Positions 36,685-46,749 of a stretch of DNA of 64,000 bases are shown here, piece after piece. The notes below the pieces were generated by a model that searched no databases, was not told the origin of the DNA, and was given only the letters and a program-made list of their open reading frames with translations. This DNA comes from an uncultured Cytophagales bacterium (GTDB lineage Bacteria; Bacteroidota; Bacteroidia; Cytophagales; Spirosomataceae), in the NCBI GenBank assembly GCA_963722505.1, contig CAVRMW010000008.1:801109-865108 (forward strand). The letters run 5' to 3'. A program made the translations under genes and the position numbers. How positions within the stretch are numbered: the first letter of the stretch is position 1; each line of letters starts with the position of its first letter.

Positions 36685-39600
36685 TTAAACCGATGCACCG
36701 TATCCGCCGCCGCCGGGCGTTTCGATTGTTAAAATATCACCAGACTGAACTTCCAGACTGCATATTCCAGGCAGTTTTGTGGTAATATGATTTTTTGAAA
36801 TTAAAGTGTGCTGACCCGTTTTTCCGTCTTCACCACCATTTAATCCATAAGGTGCGTAGTTACGATGTTGGCCCAGAAGTGTTACCTGCAACGGTTCCAG
36901 AAATTCAACTTTTCTGAGAATTCCATCGCCTCCGTTAAATTTCCCGTCACCACCAGAATTTTTACGAATTCCGAATTCAAGTAAACGAACCGGATATTTT
37001 CTTTCCAGTTGTTCAGGATCCGTAATTCGGGTATTTGTCATATGCTGATGCACTGCTGCCCGACCGTTAAAACCATTTCCGGCTCCGACGCCACCGCCAA
37101 TGGTTTCGTAATAGCCGAAGTTTTGGTTTCCAAAGAGGAAATTATTCATTGTTCCCTGACTGCAAGCGGCGAGTTCAAAAGCCTTTAATAAGGTATCCAC
37201 CAAGTCGTTGGCTAACTTCCGTATTTCCTCCAACGACAGCCGGACATTTTAACGGATCATCAGAAAAATCCGGATGAAGAAAACTGTTATCTGGCAGAAT
37301 AATTTCTACGTTTTTCATCAATCCGTCATTCAGTGGTACTTCCTTATTGATGAGCAATCTCAAAACATAAAGAATGGCACTGTGCAAAATGGAAATATTG
37401 GCATTCAAATTATTAGGATGAACTGAGGATGTGCCGGTAAAATCAAAAATCTGTTTGTCTTTTGAAATTGAAATCGAAACCTGAATCCGATGATCATCAT
37501 CGAGAAATTCTGTTGCTTCAAAAGTTCTTGCCTTCCAGCGGTTTCAATGCATTTTGTAATTGTAGAATTGCACTGGCTTTTAGCAAAGTCATATATTTTT
37601 TTACAGTATCAATTCCATGAATTTCAACCAGTTTTAATAGTTGCTGACTTCCTTTTCTTAATGAAGATAAAGCCGCAATGATATCGGCTTCATTTGATAA
37701 AAAATTACGTGTTGGATAAGCACAATTTGTAAAAAGCTCATGAATTGTTTCCCATTGAAATTCACCAGCTTTTACCAGATATTGAGGAAGTATCACAACG
37801 CCTTCTTCGGCCAGACAAGTAGCATCCGGCGGCATGGAGCCGGGCGTTTTTCCTCCAATTTCAGCATGATGTGCACGGTTGATAACATAACCTATGCATT
37901 CCCCTGAATCAGTAAAAACGCCTGAGATTAAAGTAATATCCGGTAAATGCGATCCTCCGTATTTTGGATGATTTGTAATGATTACGTCACCCGGACCGAT
38001 ATGAATTGCCTCGCGAACCAGTCTGCCGCAAATTCCCATACTGCCCAAATGTACCGGAATATGTTGCGCATTGACCAGTAATTCTCCATCAGCATCCAAA
38101 AGCGCGCAGGAAAAATCGAGCCGTTCTTTTACATTAACCGAAAACGCGGTTCTTTGAAGCTGAACGCCCATTTCGTCTGCTATCGCTTTAAAACGATTCG
38201 TGAAAAGTTGTAAAGAAACTTCTTCACCATGTGCTTGCGAAACACTTTGTTGCCTATCTCGTTTTGAAAACAATTGCATCTTTATTTTCCTGAATGACCA
38301 GTTTCCAACCCACAGGAATATAGGCTGTCGATGTATTATTGAGCAGAATAGCGGGCCCTGAAATTTCTTCTCCGGTTACTAAAAGATCCCATTCATACAA
38401 ATCAGACGCGGGAAAATATTCCAGATTCTCTGATTTGAATATTGAATTAACCTGTCGCAAAGGAGAAATGGGGGTGCCATCTTTTAAAATTGTTTTTGAT
38501 AAAAATGGCTCCGTTTTTTCCTGGATTTTCAATCGTATACTTTCCAGCTCTATGACTACATTTTCAGGGTAATAGCCAAATTGTGTGGTATATAAATTCT
38601 TAAACTTTTCAAGTATCTGACCACTTTCAAGCGCAACTTCAATCGTATTTTCCTGTCCCGCAAAACGTAAGAAAAGTGAACAAAAGGCAATTTCGTAAGC
38701 ATTAATATTTTGCTTTTTTAACTCAATTTCTGCGTTTTGTAACAATTCATTTTTCCAGGCTTCAATTTGTATTTCAGCTTTTGTCCAGGGAAGTAAAATT
38801 TGTTTTGAAACAATAGTACTGATCAGCGCTTCACCAATTCCTACTGCGCTGAAAAGTCCGGCGTCATAAGGAATGATTACACTTTTTATTTCCAAAAGAT
38901 CAGCCAATTGGCAACTATGCAAACCACCTGCTCCGCCAAAAGTGATCAAAGCATATTCAGTCGGATCGATTCCTTTTTCTACCGAAATTTTTCTAATGGC
39001 ATCGGCCATTTTTTCATTGGCAATTCTTTCAAGTCCGGTGAGGATTTCCTGCTCAGAAAGTGAATTTCCATTCTTTTCAAAAATAGTATTTTGTAGTTTT
39101 TTCAGTGCATCAAGTGCAGCTTCCGGACGGATTGGAATACCAAATTTCGCCGCATCCATTTTGCCAAGCAGCAGATTTACATCAGTAATTGTCAACGGTC
39201 CTCCTGCACCATAACAAGCCGGACCGGGTGATGCACCTGCACTTTCCGGGCCAACTTGTAATGTAAAACCATCAAACCAGCAAACAGAACCTCCGCCGGC
39301 TGCAACGGTTTCAATCGCCAAGGTGGGATTGTGGAATTCAATTCCATCAATTTCGGTAATGTATTTTAATTCCGGCTCACCGTCAATTCTGGCCACATCT
39401 GTGCTGGTACCACCCATATCAAAAGTCAGAACTTTGGAGAAACCAAGACGTTTTGCTGAATTGGTCGCCGCTACCATTCCACCAGCCGGCCCGCTAAGCA
39501 AACTGTCTTTTGCCTTAAAACCATTCAGCTCCGATAAACTTCCGGTGCTTGTCATGATTTTCAAGCTTCCTTCATTCAGCGTATTTTTAATATTGGTCAA

Positions 39601-40460
39601 ATATTGATCTAAAACCGGATCCAGGTAGGCGTTGACGACAGCCGTTTGCGTCCGTCTCAGATAATGTGAAAAAGGAAAAAGCTCAGATGACGCAGAAACA
39701 TATTTCGAACCATTCTGTTTAAATGCAGCTGCAACTGCGGTTTCATGCTCATCATTTTGATAAGAATGCAGCAATGAAATAGCGATGGAATCAAAATGAA
39801 TTCCTGGGAAAAGACTAAAATCCGTACTTTCCAATTCTTTGATAACTTTCCCGTTCTGCATCAAGTCCGTTCATGAAGTTCAATGACATCATGATATAAT
39901 AATTTAGGTTCAGGAATATTAAGTTGAAAAAGCGATGGTCGTTGCTGATTTCCTATATAAAGCAGATCTTTAAAACCTTTTGTTACAACCAATAATGTTT
40001 TTGCACCTTTTCTTTCCAGTAATGCATTGGTCCCTTTGGTGGTTCCCAGACGCATTTCAATTGGAGGGAGCGGATTTTTTAACGGAGTTTTGGTTAACAG
40101 CCGCGCTGCTAAAACGGGCGCTTCTTCTCCGCTGAATAATTCAAAATCGACATCAGTTATTTCGGAAATATCAGTATCAAGTGTAAGGAAATGTTTCTCG
40201 TAATCTATGGAAACGAGGAGAACATTTGAAATGCCAATTTTGATATGATATCCTGTTAACAAATCTTCCTCATATTTCCATGGCGATTCGAATTCGTATG
40301 TAAACGGTCCGGCTTTACAAATAATTCGTCCTCGCAGACGCGCTGAACTTAGCACTTTTATTCTGGTAACGTACCCATCCGGATCAGTGGCAAGACAATC
40401 TGTGAAGGTTCCTCCGGTATCAATACTTATTTTCCAGATCGGTTTTATTGACGTATTCAA
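36685..40460 (-). CDS. Fused hydantoinase A/B ATP-dependent 5-oxoprolinase (OplA type), frameshifted
   Basis: IDTGGTFTD, GTTKGTNALLERKG, SGPAGG, DMGGTSTD, AAGGGS, SVNVKERLDFSC, QGTMNN, YYETIGGG, TPGGGGYG. Confidence 0.92.
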
Positions 40461-40656
40461 AGTAATAGGTTTAGCGCGAAAAGATACAATTACCAAATTA
40501 CATCGTATTTTTTATAAAACCACAGCATTAGGAGGGTACCGGTCAAATATTCAAAACTAGAATAAAGTAAGCGGTTTTGCATAGACTTTAATTGAAGAAC
40601 GTTCTTCAAATTTGCATTGGACATTTATATCCTCACACACACTTTAAGAATTTGAA

Positions 40657-41538
40657 ATGAAAAGAAATGATACATTATGGAAAGGTATATTAGAGAATAT
40701 ATTTTCAGATTTTCTGAAATTCTTTTTCAAAGATGCTGAGGCTTTATTTGATCTGGAAAAAGGCTTTGAGTTTCTGGATAAAGAGCTTGAACAACTTTTC
40801 CCATCGGAAGAGATCAAGTCTCCAAAATTTGTTGATAAGCTTGTGAAAGTTTTCTCCAAAACCGGTGACGAAAAATGGATATTGGTTCACATTGAAATTC
40901 AAGGTTATGAAGACAAAAAATTTGGCGAGCGGATGTTCACTTATTTTTATCGAATTCTGGACAGATATAAAAAACGTATTACAAGCATAGCGCTTTTCAC
41001 AGATGCAGACAAAAATTTCAATCCAAGTGTTTACGAGTATGACTATCTGGGGACAAGACTAACTTTTCAATTCAATACTTATAAAATTATGGATCAGGAC
41101 GAAACGTTATTATTTGCAGATAGTAATCCTTTTGCTATCGTAATTTTAACGGCAATTCTGGCTTTGAAAAAGAAACAATTAAATGACGAAAATCTGTACC
41201 TTCTGAAATTTTCGATAGCAAAGAATTTACTTTTGAAAAAGATATCAAAGCAGAAAATTGATGATGTTCTGATTTTTTTACAACGCTATATAACCTTTGC
41301 CGATTCCGAATATAATATTAAATTTGATCAGGAAATTGAGGTCTTCACTCGAAATGAAAAATCCATGGGAATAAGAGAAATGGTCCTTGAACAGGCTAAA
41401 AATGAAGGAATTGATATTGCAAAAGAGCAAATAGTCAAAAATCTGCTTTTGGCTAAGAGATTTACGGCTGCTGAAATTTCAAACTTTGCGGGAGTAACCG
41501 AAAAATTTGTGATTAAAATACGGAGAACTTTGAAATAA
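40657..41538 (+). CDS. Rpn/YhgA-like PD-(D/E)XK nuclease (RpnC/YadD-like)
   Basis: DTLWKGILE, FLDKEL, VDKLVKV, LVHIEIQ, RMFTYFYR, NPFA; C-terminal EG....IVKNLL...EIS..AG HTH-like tail; intact ORF. Confidence 0.85.
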   Translation: MKRNDTLWKGILENIFSDFLKFFFKDAEALFDLEKGFEFLDKELEQLFPSEEIKSPKFVDKLVKVFSKTGDEKWILVHIEIQGYEDKKFGERMFTYFYRILDRYKKRITSIALFTDADKNFNPSVYEYDYLGTRLTFQFNTYKIMDQDETLLFADSNPFAIVILTAILALKKKQLNDENLYLLKFSIAKNLLLKKISKQKIDDVLIFLQRYITFADSEYNIKFDQEIEVFTRNEKSMGIREMVLEQAKNEGIDIAKEQIVKNLLLAKRFTAAEISNFAGVTEKFVIKIRRTLK

Positions 41539-41565
41539 TAATTTCTATACACATCCTGAAAAATT

Positions 41566-41589
41566 AAAGGCTCCAATTAGGAGCCTTTT
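41566..41589 (+). terminator. Intrinsic terminator
   Basis: aaaggctcc-aatta-ggagcctttt. Confidence 0.75.
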
Positions 41590-41664
41590 GTATTAATACA
41601 TGTTATCTTCAAATCTTAATTCAATGGTATTGAAATAATAGAATTAATCCTCTCTAATACATTT

Positions 41665-43831
41665 ATGAATTTTTGTTTACTTCTGTTTTCAGTTCTTTTA
41701 ATTTTCATCCTGTTTTTCCTTACTTCAGATAAAAGTTTCTACACGAGAATCCGTTTCTCATTTGTATTATCCCTTATCGTTAATGCCGGAGTAGTATTTG
41801 TTTACAATGAGGTATTTTCCCTTTTCAATGCTTTAAATCCAACATCAATCTTTATTTTCTGGCTGACAGACGTTCTAGGTTTATCAGTATTGTTGGTTTA
41901 CTGGAAATCAATTGGTAAAATTAATATCGCTGAACTTTCTTCTTTAAAAGATGCAGTTTTATTAAAGGGACTAAGTAAAAGCAATAGAATAATTACTATT
42001 GCAGCATGCTTGTTTTTCATAGTTCCCTTATTGTTTCTAGCAGTTTATCCTCCGCCCAATAATTTGGACGGACACAATTATCATCTCAATCGTGTTCTTT
42101 TCTGGATTTACAATAAAAATCTTGAACATTTCCCAACCATTTATATACAACAACTCTATCTGAATGTACTGGCCGAATATATAGTGCTGGATACAATGTT
42201 ACTTTCCGGCTCAGATTATTTTGTCGGGCTGGTACAGTTTGGCTCATTTCTTGGTTCCCTGGCCGGGATAAGTCTTTTGGCAAAAAGATTTGGAATGAAG
42301 GCAGATGGACAAATACTTTCAATTATTTTATTTCTGACACTGCCAATTGGTATTTTCGAAAGTACTACTACTCAGGTGGATCTTGTAGCATGTTTTTTCT
42401 TCATTGCCTTTGTATATTTCGGGTTTGATTTACTTGAAAAGAAGTCCTGGATCACACTTTTGGGAATGCTTTTATCTTTGTCTTTTGGAGGATTTACCAA
42501 ATATCCGATCTTCATTTTTGCTATTCCTTTTACCGCTTTTTTTGCACTACGCATACTTTTACAATACGGATTTTTATATGCTGCAAAGGTTCTGTCCGTG
42601 GCAGTAATTATTCTGGCTTTAACATTCTCTCCATTTTTCTATCGAAATTATCAGCTTTTTGGCAATGCCATGTCGCCGAAGGAGAATTCGGTATTTTTCG
42701 CGGAAAGGATTCCTGTCGAGAAGCATTCAGTATCGTTTTGCTTTATCGGGAATTGTCAAAAATGTTGGTTTGCATCTTGGCCTTCCAAACACTGGTTATA
42801 ATGAATTTGTAACTTCAAAAATTAAAAATTTCCATGAGGTTATCGGTGTTGAAGTTGATGATCTGGGAATTCGGCTTGACCCGTTTTCGGTGCGTTATTC
42901 CGTTCATGAAGACATGGTGCCGAACACGATACATTTTGTTTTAATGTTGCTGGCAACGATACCTCTGTTTTTTATCAAAGGAGCCAGAAATATTAAATGG
43001 TTCTGGCTTTTTGCAATACTTGGATTTGTATTATTTTGTTCTCTGTTAAAATTTCAACTTTGGAGTACGCGGACGCATATGCCGTTTTTTGCGATGGGTG
43101 CTGTTTTAACAGCGTATGCATATAACCAGATTTTAAAGTGGAAAACGGGTTATCTCATCATGCCACTAATGCTACTGTCAACCGTTTTTGTCTATGGAAA
43201 TCCAAACAAAGCGCTGATTCCGATTGGTTATTATACAAAGAAAGTATTAGGACATATACCCATTGCATTTTGCGTTACAGACAGCGTTCAGTCCAAAAGT
43301 TACGAGAGAAATTTAGGTGCTTTTTATGACTTTCCGGGGAAAGATAATTGTCATCCTTTGAAACAATTACCAAGTCATGAGGAGCGCGTGAAGATTTTTG
43401 ATATTCTGGAAAAAGAAGGATATTATGACGATGATAAATCGGCAACCGTTTTTGGGACGAGTCGTACCAAAGCTTACTTTTTAAGTCACCTGAACGATTA
43501 TTATGGTTTTGAACCACTTCTTGCACATATAAGTGGCGATAATAAAAATATTGGGGTTTTGTTTAAAAATGGAAACGGATTTTACAATTACTCAACTGCC
43601 GTAGCTTTAAAACTAAAAAATCCGGGAGAGATGAAGTACATCCGGTATCTGAAAGATTTTACAATATTGAAAAATGAGCAAAAAGGTTTTTGTTATGACT
43701 ATATTTTATGTGATAATGCCGACTTGCTAAAACAATTTGTCCCGGAAAATAATATTGCAGAAATTCATCATACTTCTGTGTTTTACCTGGTTAAGCTTAG
43801 AAATAAGAGTTGTGAACGGTTTTTGTACTGA
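41665..43831 (+). CDS. GT-C (ArnT/PMT-like) polytopic membrane glycosyltransferase, frameshift near 42735
   Basis: PPNN.D...YHL.RV..W, E.TTTQVD, many TM helices, STR.HMP.F; ORFs 41665-42801 + 42659-43831. Confidence 0.7.
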
Positions 43832-43883
43832 AAAATCTGTTTACTTTAAGCATTGGTTCGTTTTATCTACTTTATACTTTAAC

Positions 43884-45686
43884 ATGAAAAGAAATTTCCA
43901 TTTTCACTGGATTATCGTGACGGTTTTGCTGCTTAAATCGGCGACCCTTTTTGCACAAACGCAGGATCCCGTCCAATTCACAATAACGATGGCAAATCCG
44001 GCGAATCATACTTTTCATGTTGTGATGGATTGTAAGGTTGGTCCTCATGAAACATCCAGACTGAAAATGCCAGCCTGGTCGCCGGGATATTATCAGATCA
44101 TGGATTTTGAATCATTTGTGAGTAATTTTCAGGTTACGGATCAGGCGGGAGCTAAATTGTTTTTTGATAAAAAAGGAAAAAATGAATGGCATGTTGAAAA
44201 AGCCAAAGCGACTTCTTTACATGTTGAATATGATGTTTTAACGACTCGGGAATTTGTAGGAACCAGTTTTGTAGATGAAGATCACGGATATATTATTCCT
44301 GCCGGCTTATGCATGTATCTTGAAAACGAAATAAAAAGACCAGCGGAAATTACTATCAAACCTTTTGACAAATGGAAAGATGTGGCGACCGGACTTGATC
44401 TAATTCCCGGAAAGAACTTCACCTATACCGCTCCTGATTTTGATATTCTTTACGATAGTCCGATCCTGATTGGAAATCTGGAAGAATTGCCAGCATTTGA
44501 AGTCAAAGGAATTCCTCATCGTTTTATTGGTTATAAAATGGGTGATTTCGACAAGGTGAAATTTATGCAGGATCTGAAAAAAATGGTTGAAGCGGCATCT
44601 TCTGTAATTGGGGATATTCCTTACAAACATTACACATTCCTGGCAATTGGGCCTGGCGGAGGTGGTATTGAGCATCTAAATTCGACTGCCGTAACATTTG
44701 ACGGAACACAACTTAGCAATCCGGCAAGACGTTTGAAAATTTTGAGTTTCTTAACCCATGAGTATTTTCATCATTACAATGTGAAAAGAATCCGTCCGGT
44801 AGAGCTGGGTCCTTTTAATTACGACAAAGGGAGCAAAACCAATATGCTGTGGGTTTCGGAAGGTTTAACGGTTTATTACGAATATCCTGTTTTGAACCGC
44901 GCCGGGCTTATGACAAGGGAAGAACTTTTGAATGCATATAAATCTTTAATTCTGGCCTTGGAAACACAGCCTGGGCGTCACTATCAATCGTTAGCACAGG
45001 CGAGTGCGGAAACCTGGTCGGATGGGCCAAGTGGCAGAGTTAATGATGAATTTAATAAAACAATATCTTACTATATAAAAGGCCCGATTGTTGGTTTAAT
45101 GCTGGATTTTAAGATCAGGCATGAAACAAATAATAAAAAATCGCTGGACGATGTGATGCGCACTTTGTATCAGGATTTTTACCAAAAACAGAACCGTGGT
45201 TTTACGGAAACGGAATTTAGAAAGGTATGTGAGAAAGTAGCAGGTGCTTCACTGGATGAAATCTTTCATTACGTATATACAACTAAGGAGCTGGATTATG
45301 TAAAATATTTCAATTATGCAGGATTGAATATTGATGTCGCGCCGAAACAATTGCCGGGAGCATATTTGGGTATAAAAGCAAAACTTGAAAATGACAGTCT
45401 GAAAGTTTCGAGCGTTGACTGGGATTCTCCGGCATGGAAAGCGGGAGTTCGTAGGGGAAATGTTATCGTTGATGTGGATGGTAAACCAGCAACTGAAGCA
45501 AGTATTGCTTACATTTTTACAGACAAAAAAGCGGGAGATAAGATGAATTTGAATCTGATTAAAAATGATACAAAAATCGATTATCCGATTGTTTTGGGAA
45601 CAAAATCCGAACGTTCGTTTAACATCACGCCAGTTCCAAATCCTGACAAATTACAGACAGCTATCCTGAAAGACTGGGTGAAATAG
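43884..45686 (+). CDS. M61 glycyl aminopeptidase with PDZ domain
   Basis: MPAWSPG.Y, DSP...G, GGIEH.NS, HEYFH.YNVKR.RP, LW..EG.T.YY, SYY.KG, PDZ SPAWKAG. Confidence 0.93.
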   Translation: MKRNFHFHWIIVTVLLLKSATLFAQTQDPVQFTITMANPANHTFHVVMDCKVGPHETSRLKMPAWSPGYYQIMDFESFVSNFQVTDQAGAKLFFDKKGKNEWHVEKAKATSLHVEYDVLTTREFVGTSFVDEDHGYIIPAGLCMYLENEIKRPAEITIKPFDKWKDVATGLDLIPGKNFTYTAPDFDILYDSPILIGNLEELPAFEVKGIPHRFIGYKMGDFDKVKFMQDLKKMVEAASSVIGDIPYKHYTFLAIGPGGGGIEHLNSTAVTFDGTQLSNPARRLKILSFLTHEYFHHYNVKRIRPVELGPFNYDKGSKTNMLWVSEGLTVYYEYPVLNRAGLMTREELLNAYKSLILALETQPGRHYQSLAQASAETWSDGPSGRVNDEFNKTISYYIKGPIVGLMLDFKIRHETNNKKSLDDVMRTLYQDFYQKQNRGFTETEFRKVCEKVAGASLDEIFHYVYTTKELDYVKYFNYAGLNIDVAPKQLPGAYLGIKAKLENDSLKVSSVDWDSPAWKAGVRRGNVIVDVDGKPATEASIAYIFTDKKAGDKMNLNLIKNDTKIDYPIVLGTKSERSFNITPVPNPDKLQTAILKDWVK

Positions 45687-45705
45687 TATAGGTTTTGATG
45701 AAAAT

Positions 45706-46584
45706 TTAAAGTAGTTTTTTGAAAAAGTCACGGTGATATTCCCGTGGTGATTTTCCGATTGTCTTTTTAAAAACACGGTTGAAATTGGTAACATTATCAA
45801 AACCTGTTTTATAAGAGACATCGGAAAAACTATCGAATCGATTTGAAACTACAATTTTACAGGCTTCGTTAATGCGGACTTCATTAAGGAAACTTATCAA
45901 AGTTTTGCCTGTATGTTTTTTAAAATAACGGCAGAATGCCTGCGGTGTAAGGTTAGCAATGGAAGCAACCTCATTCAGCGTAATATGGTTTTTATAATTT
46001 CCTACCACAAACTGAAAAATCTGATCCATCCGGATTCCTTCAACATCGGACATAATCTGTTCATTGTTGTTGGTTGATAACGGTTTAAGATTTTTTAAGG
46101 TGGAAAACAGGTGAAGCAATTCGATAAAAGCAGCGACTCTCAGACTGTCGGCCTTTTCCATTATTTCTGTCATTGTTTTTTTTACCAATTCGTCAGAAGT
46201 ATCCTTGATCTGCAAACCGTTATGAACTCCTTCGACAAATTTTCGTATAGCGCCCATTTCAGGGAGCCTTAACAGATTCTGAAAAAGATGGTCAGGGTTA
46301 AAGAAAAACGAGATTTCATGGACGATCTTATTTTGTGACGGATCATAATACGTGTCATCACTTTTGAAAACATGCGACTGATTGGCCCCGATAATATACA
46401 CATCACCAGGTTTAAAACGCTGCATATAATTTCCTGCAATCAGCATTCCTTCACCTTCCTTGATCCACGTGATCTGAACTTCCGGATGACGGTGCAGGTG
46501 ATTGTAGAAATGCGGAATAATATTATCCTGTACTACAATCGTAGTTTCTTTGGCAACCGGGATAGTAAATGGGACAACTTTCAT
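45706..46584 (-). CDS. AraC family regulator (cupin + HTH), probable hydroxyproline regulator
   Basis: LHRHPEVQ cupin, AFCRYFKK, GF...NFNR.FK; shares an upstream motif with the hyp operon. Confidence 0.9.
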   Translation of the reverse strand: MKVVPFTIPVAKETTIVVQDNIIPHFYNHLHRHPEVQITWIKEGEGMLIAGNYMQRFKPGDVYIIGANQSHVFKSDDTYYDPSQNKIVHEISFFFNPDHLFQNLLRLPEMGAIRKFVEGVHNGLQIKDTSDELVKKTMTEIMEKADSLRVAAFIELLHLFSTLKNLKPLSTNNNEQIMSDVEGIRMDQIFQFVVGNYKNHITLNEVASIANLTPQAFCRYFKKHTGKTLISFLNEVRINEACKIVVSNRFDSFSDVSYKTGFDNVTNFNRVFKKTIGKSPREYHRDFFKKLL

Positions 46585-46664
46585 GACAGATTAATTTCGA
46601 AGGATGTATCAGTAATTAAATATGCTAAAATTATCTGTTAGTTTTAGTTTGATATCGTAATGAG

Positions 46665-46694
46665 GTTAAAATCGGTATATAATTGCTTAATATT
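46665..46694 (+). promoter_or_regulatory. Candidate AraC operator (autoregulatory copy)
   Basis: gttaaaatcggtatataattgcttaatatt; 25/30 identical to 22061-22090. Confidence 0.55.
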
Positions 46695-46700
46695 GAACAA

Positions 46701-46736
46701 AAAAATAGCCATCACTTTTGAGTGATGGCTATTTTT
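46701..46736 (-). terminator. Intrinsic terminator
   Basis: aaaaatagccatcact-tttg-agtgatggctattttt perfect hairpin. Confidence 0.85.
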
Positions 46737-46749
46737 CAAATTAAACTTT

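Noticed and set aside
32302-41538. Helicase + Rpn as one multi-gene defence system
   Set aside because: Separated by 5 kb of oxoproline genes and on opposite strands; treated as independent insertions.
43737-43883. Longer N-terminus of the M61 peptidase
   Set aside because: Overlaps the upstream gene; ATG 43884 gives a normal signal peptide.
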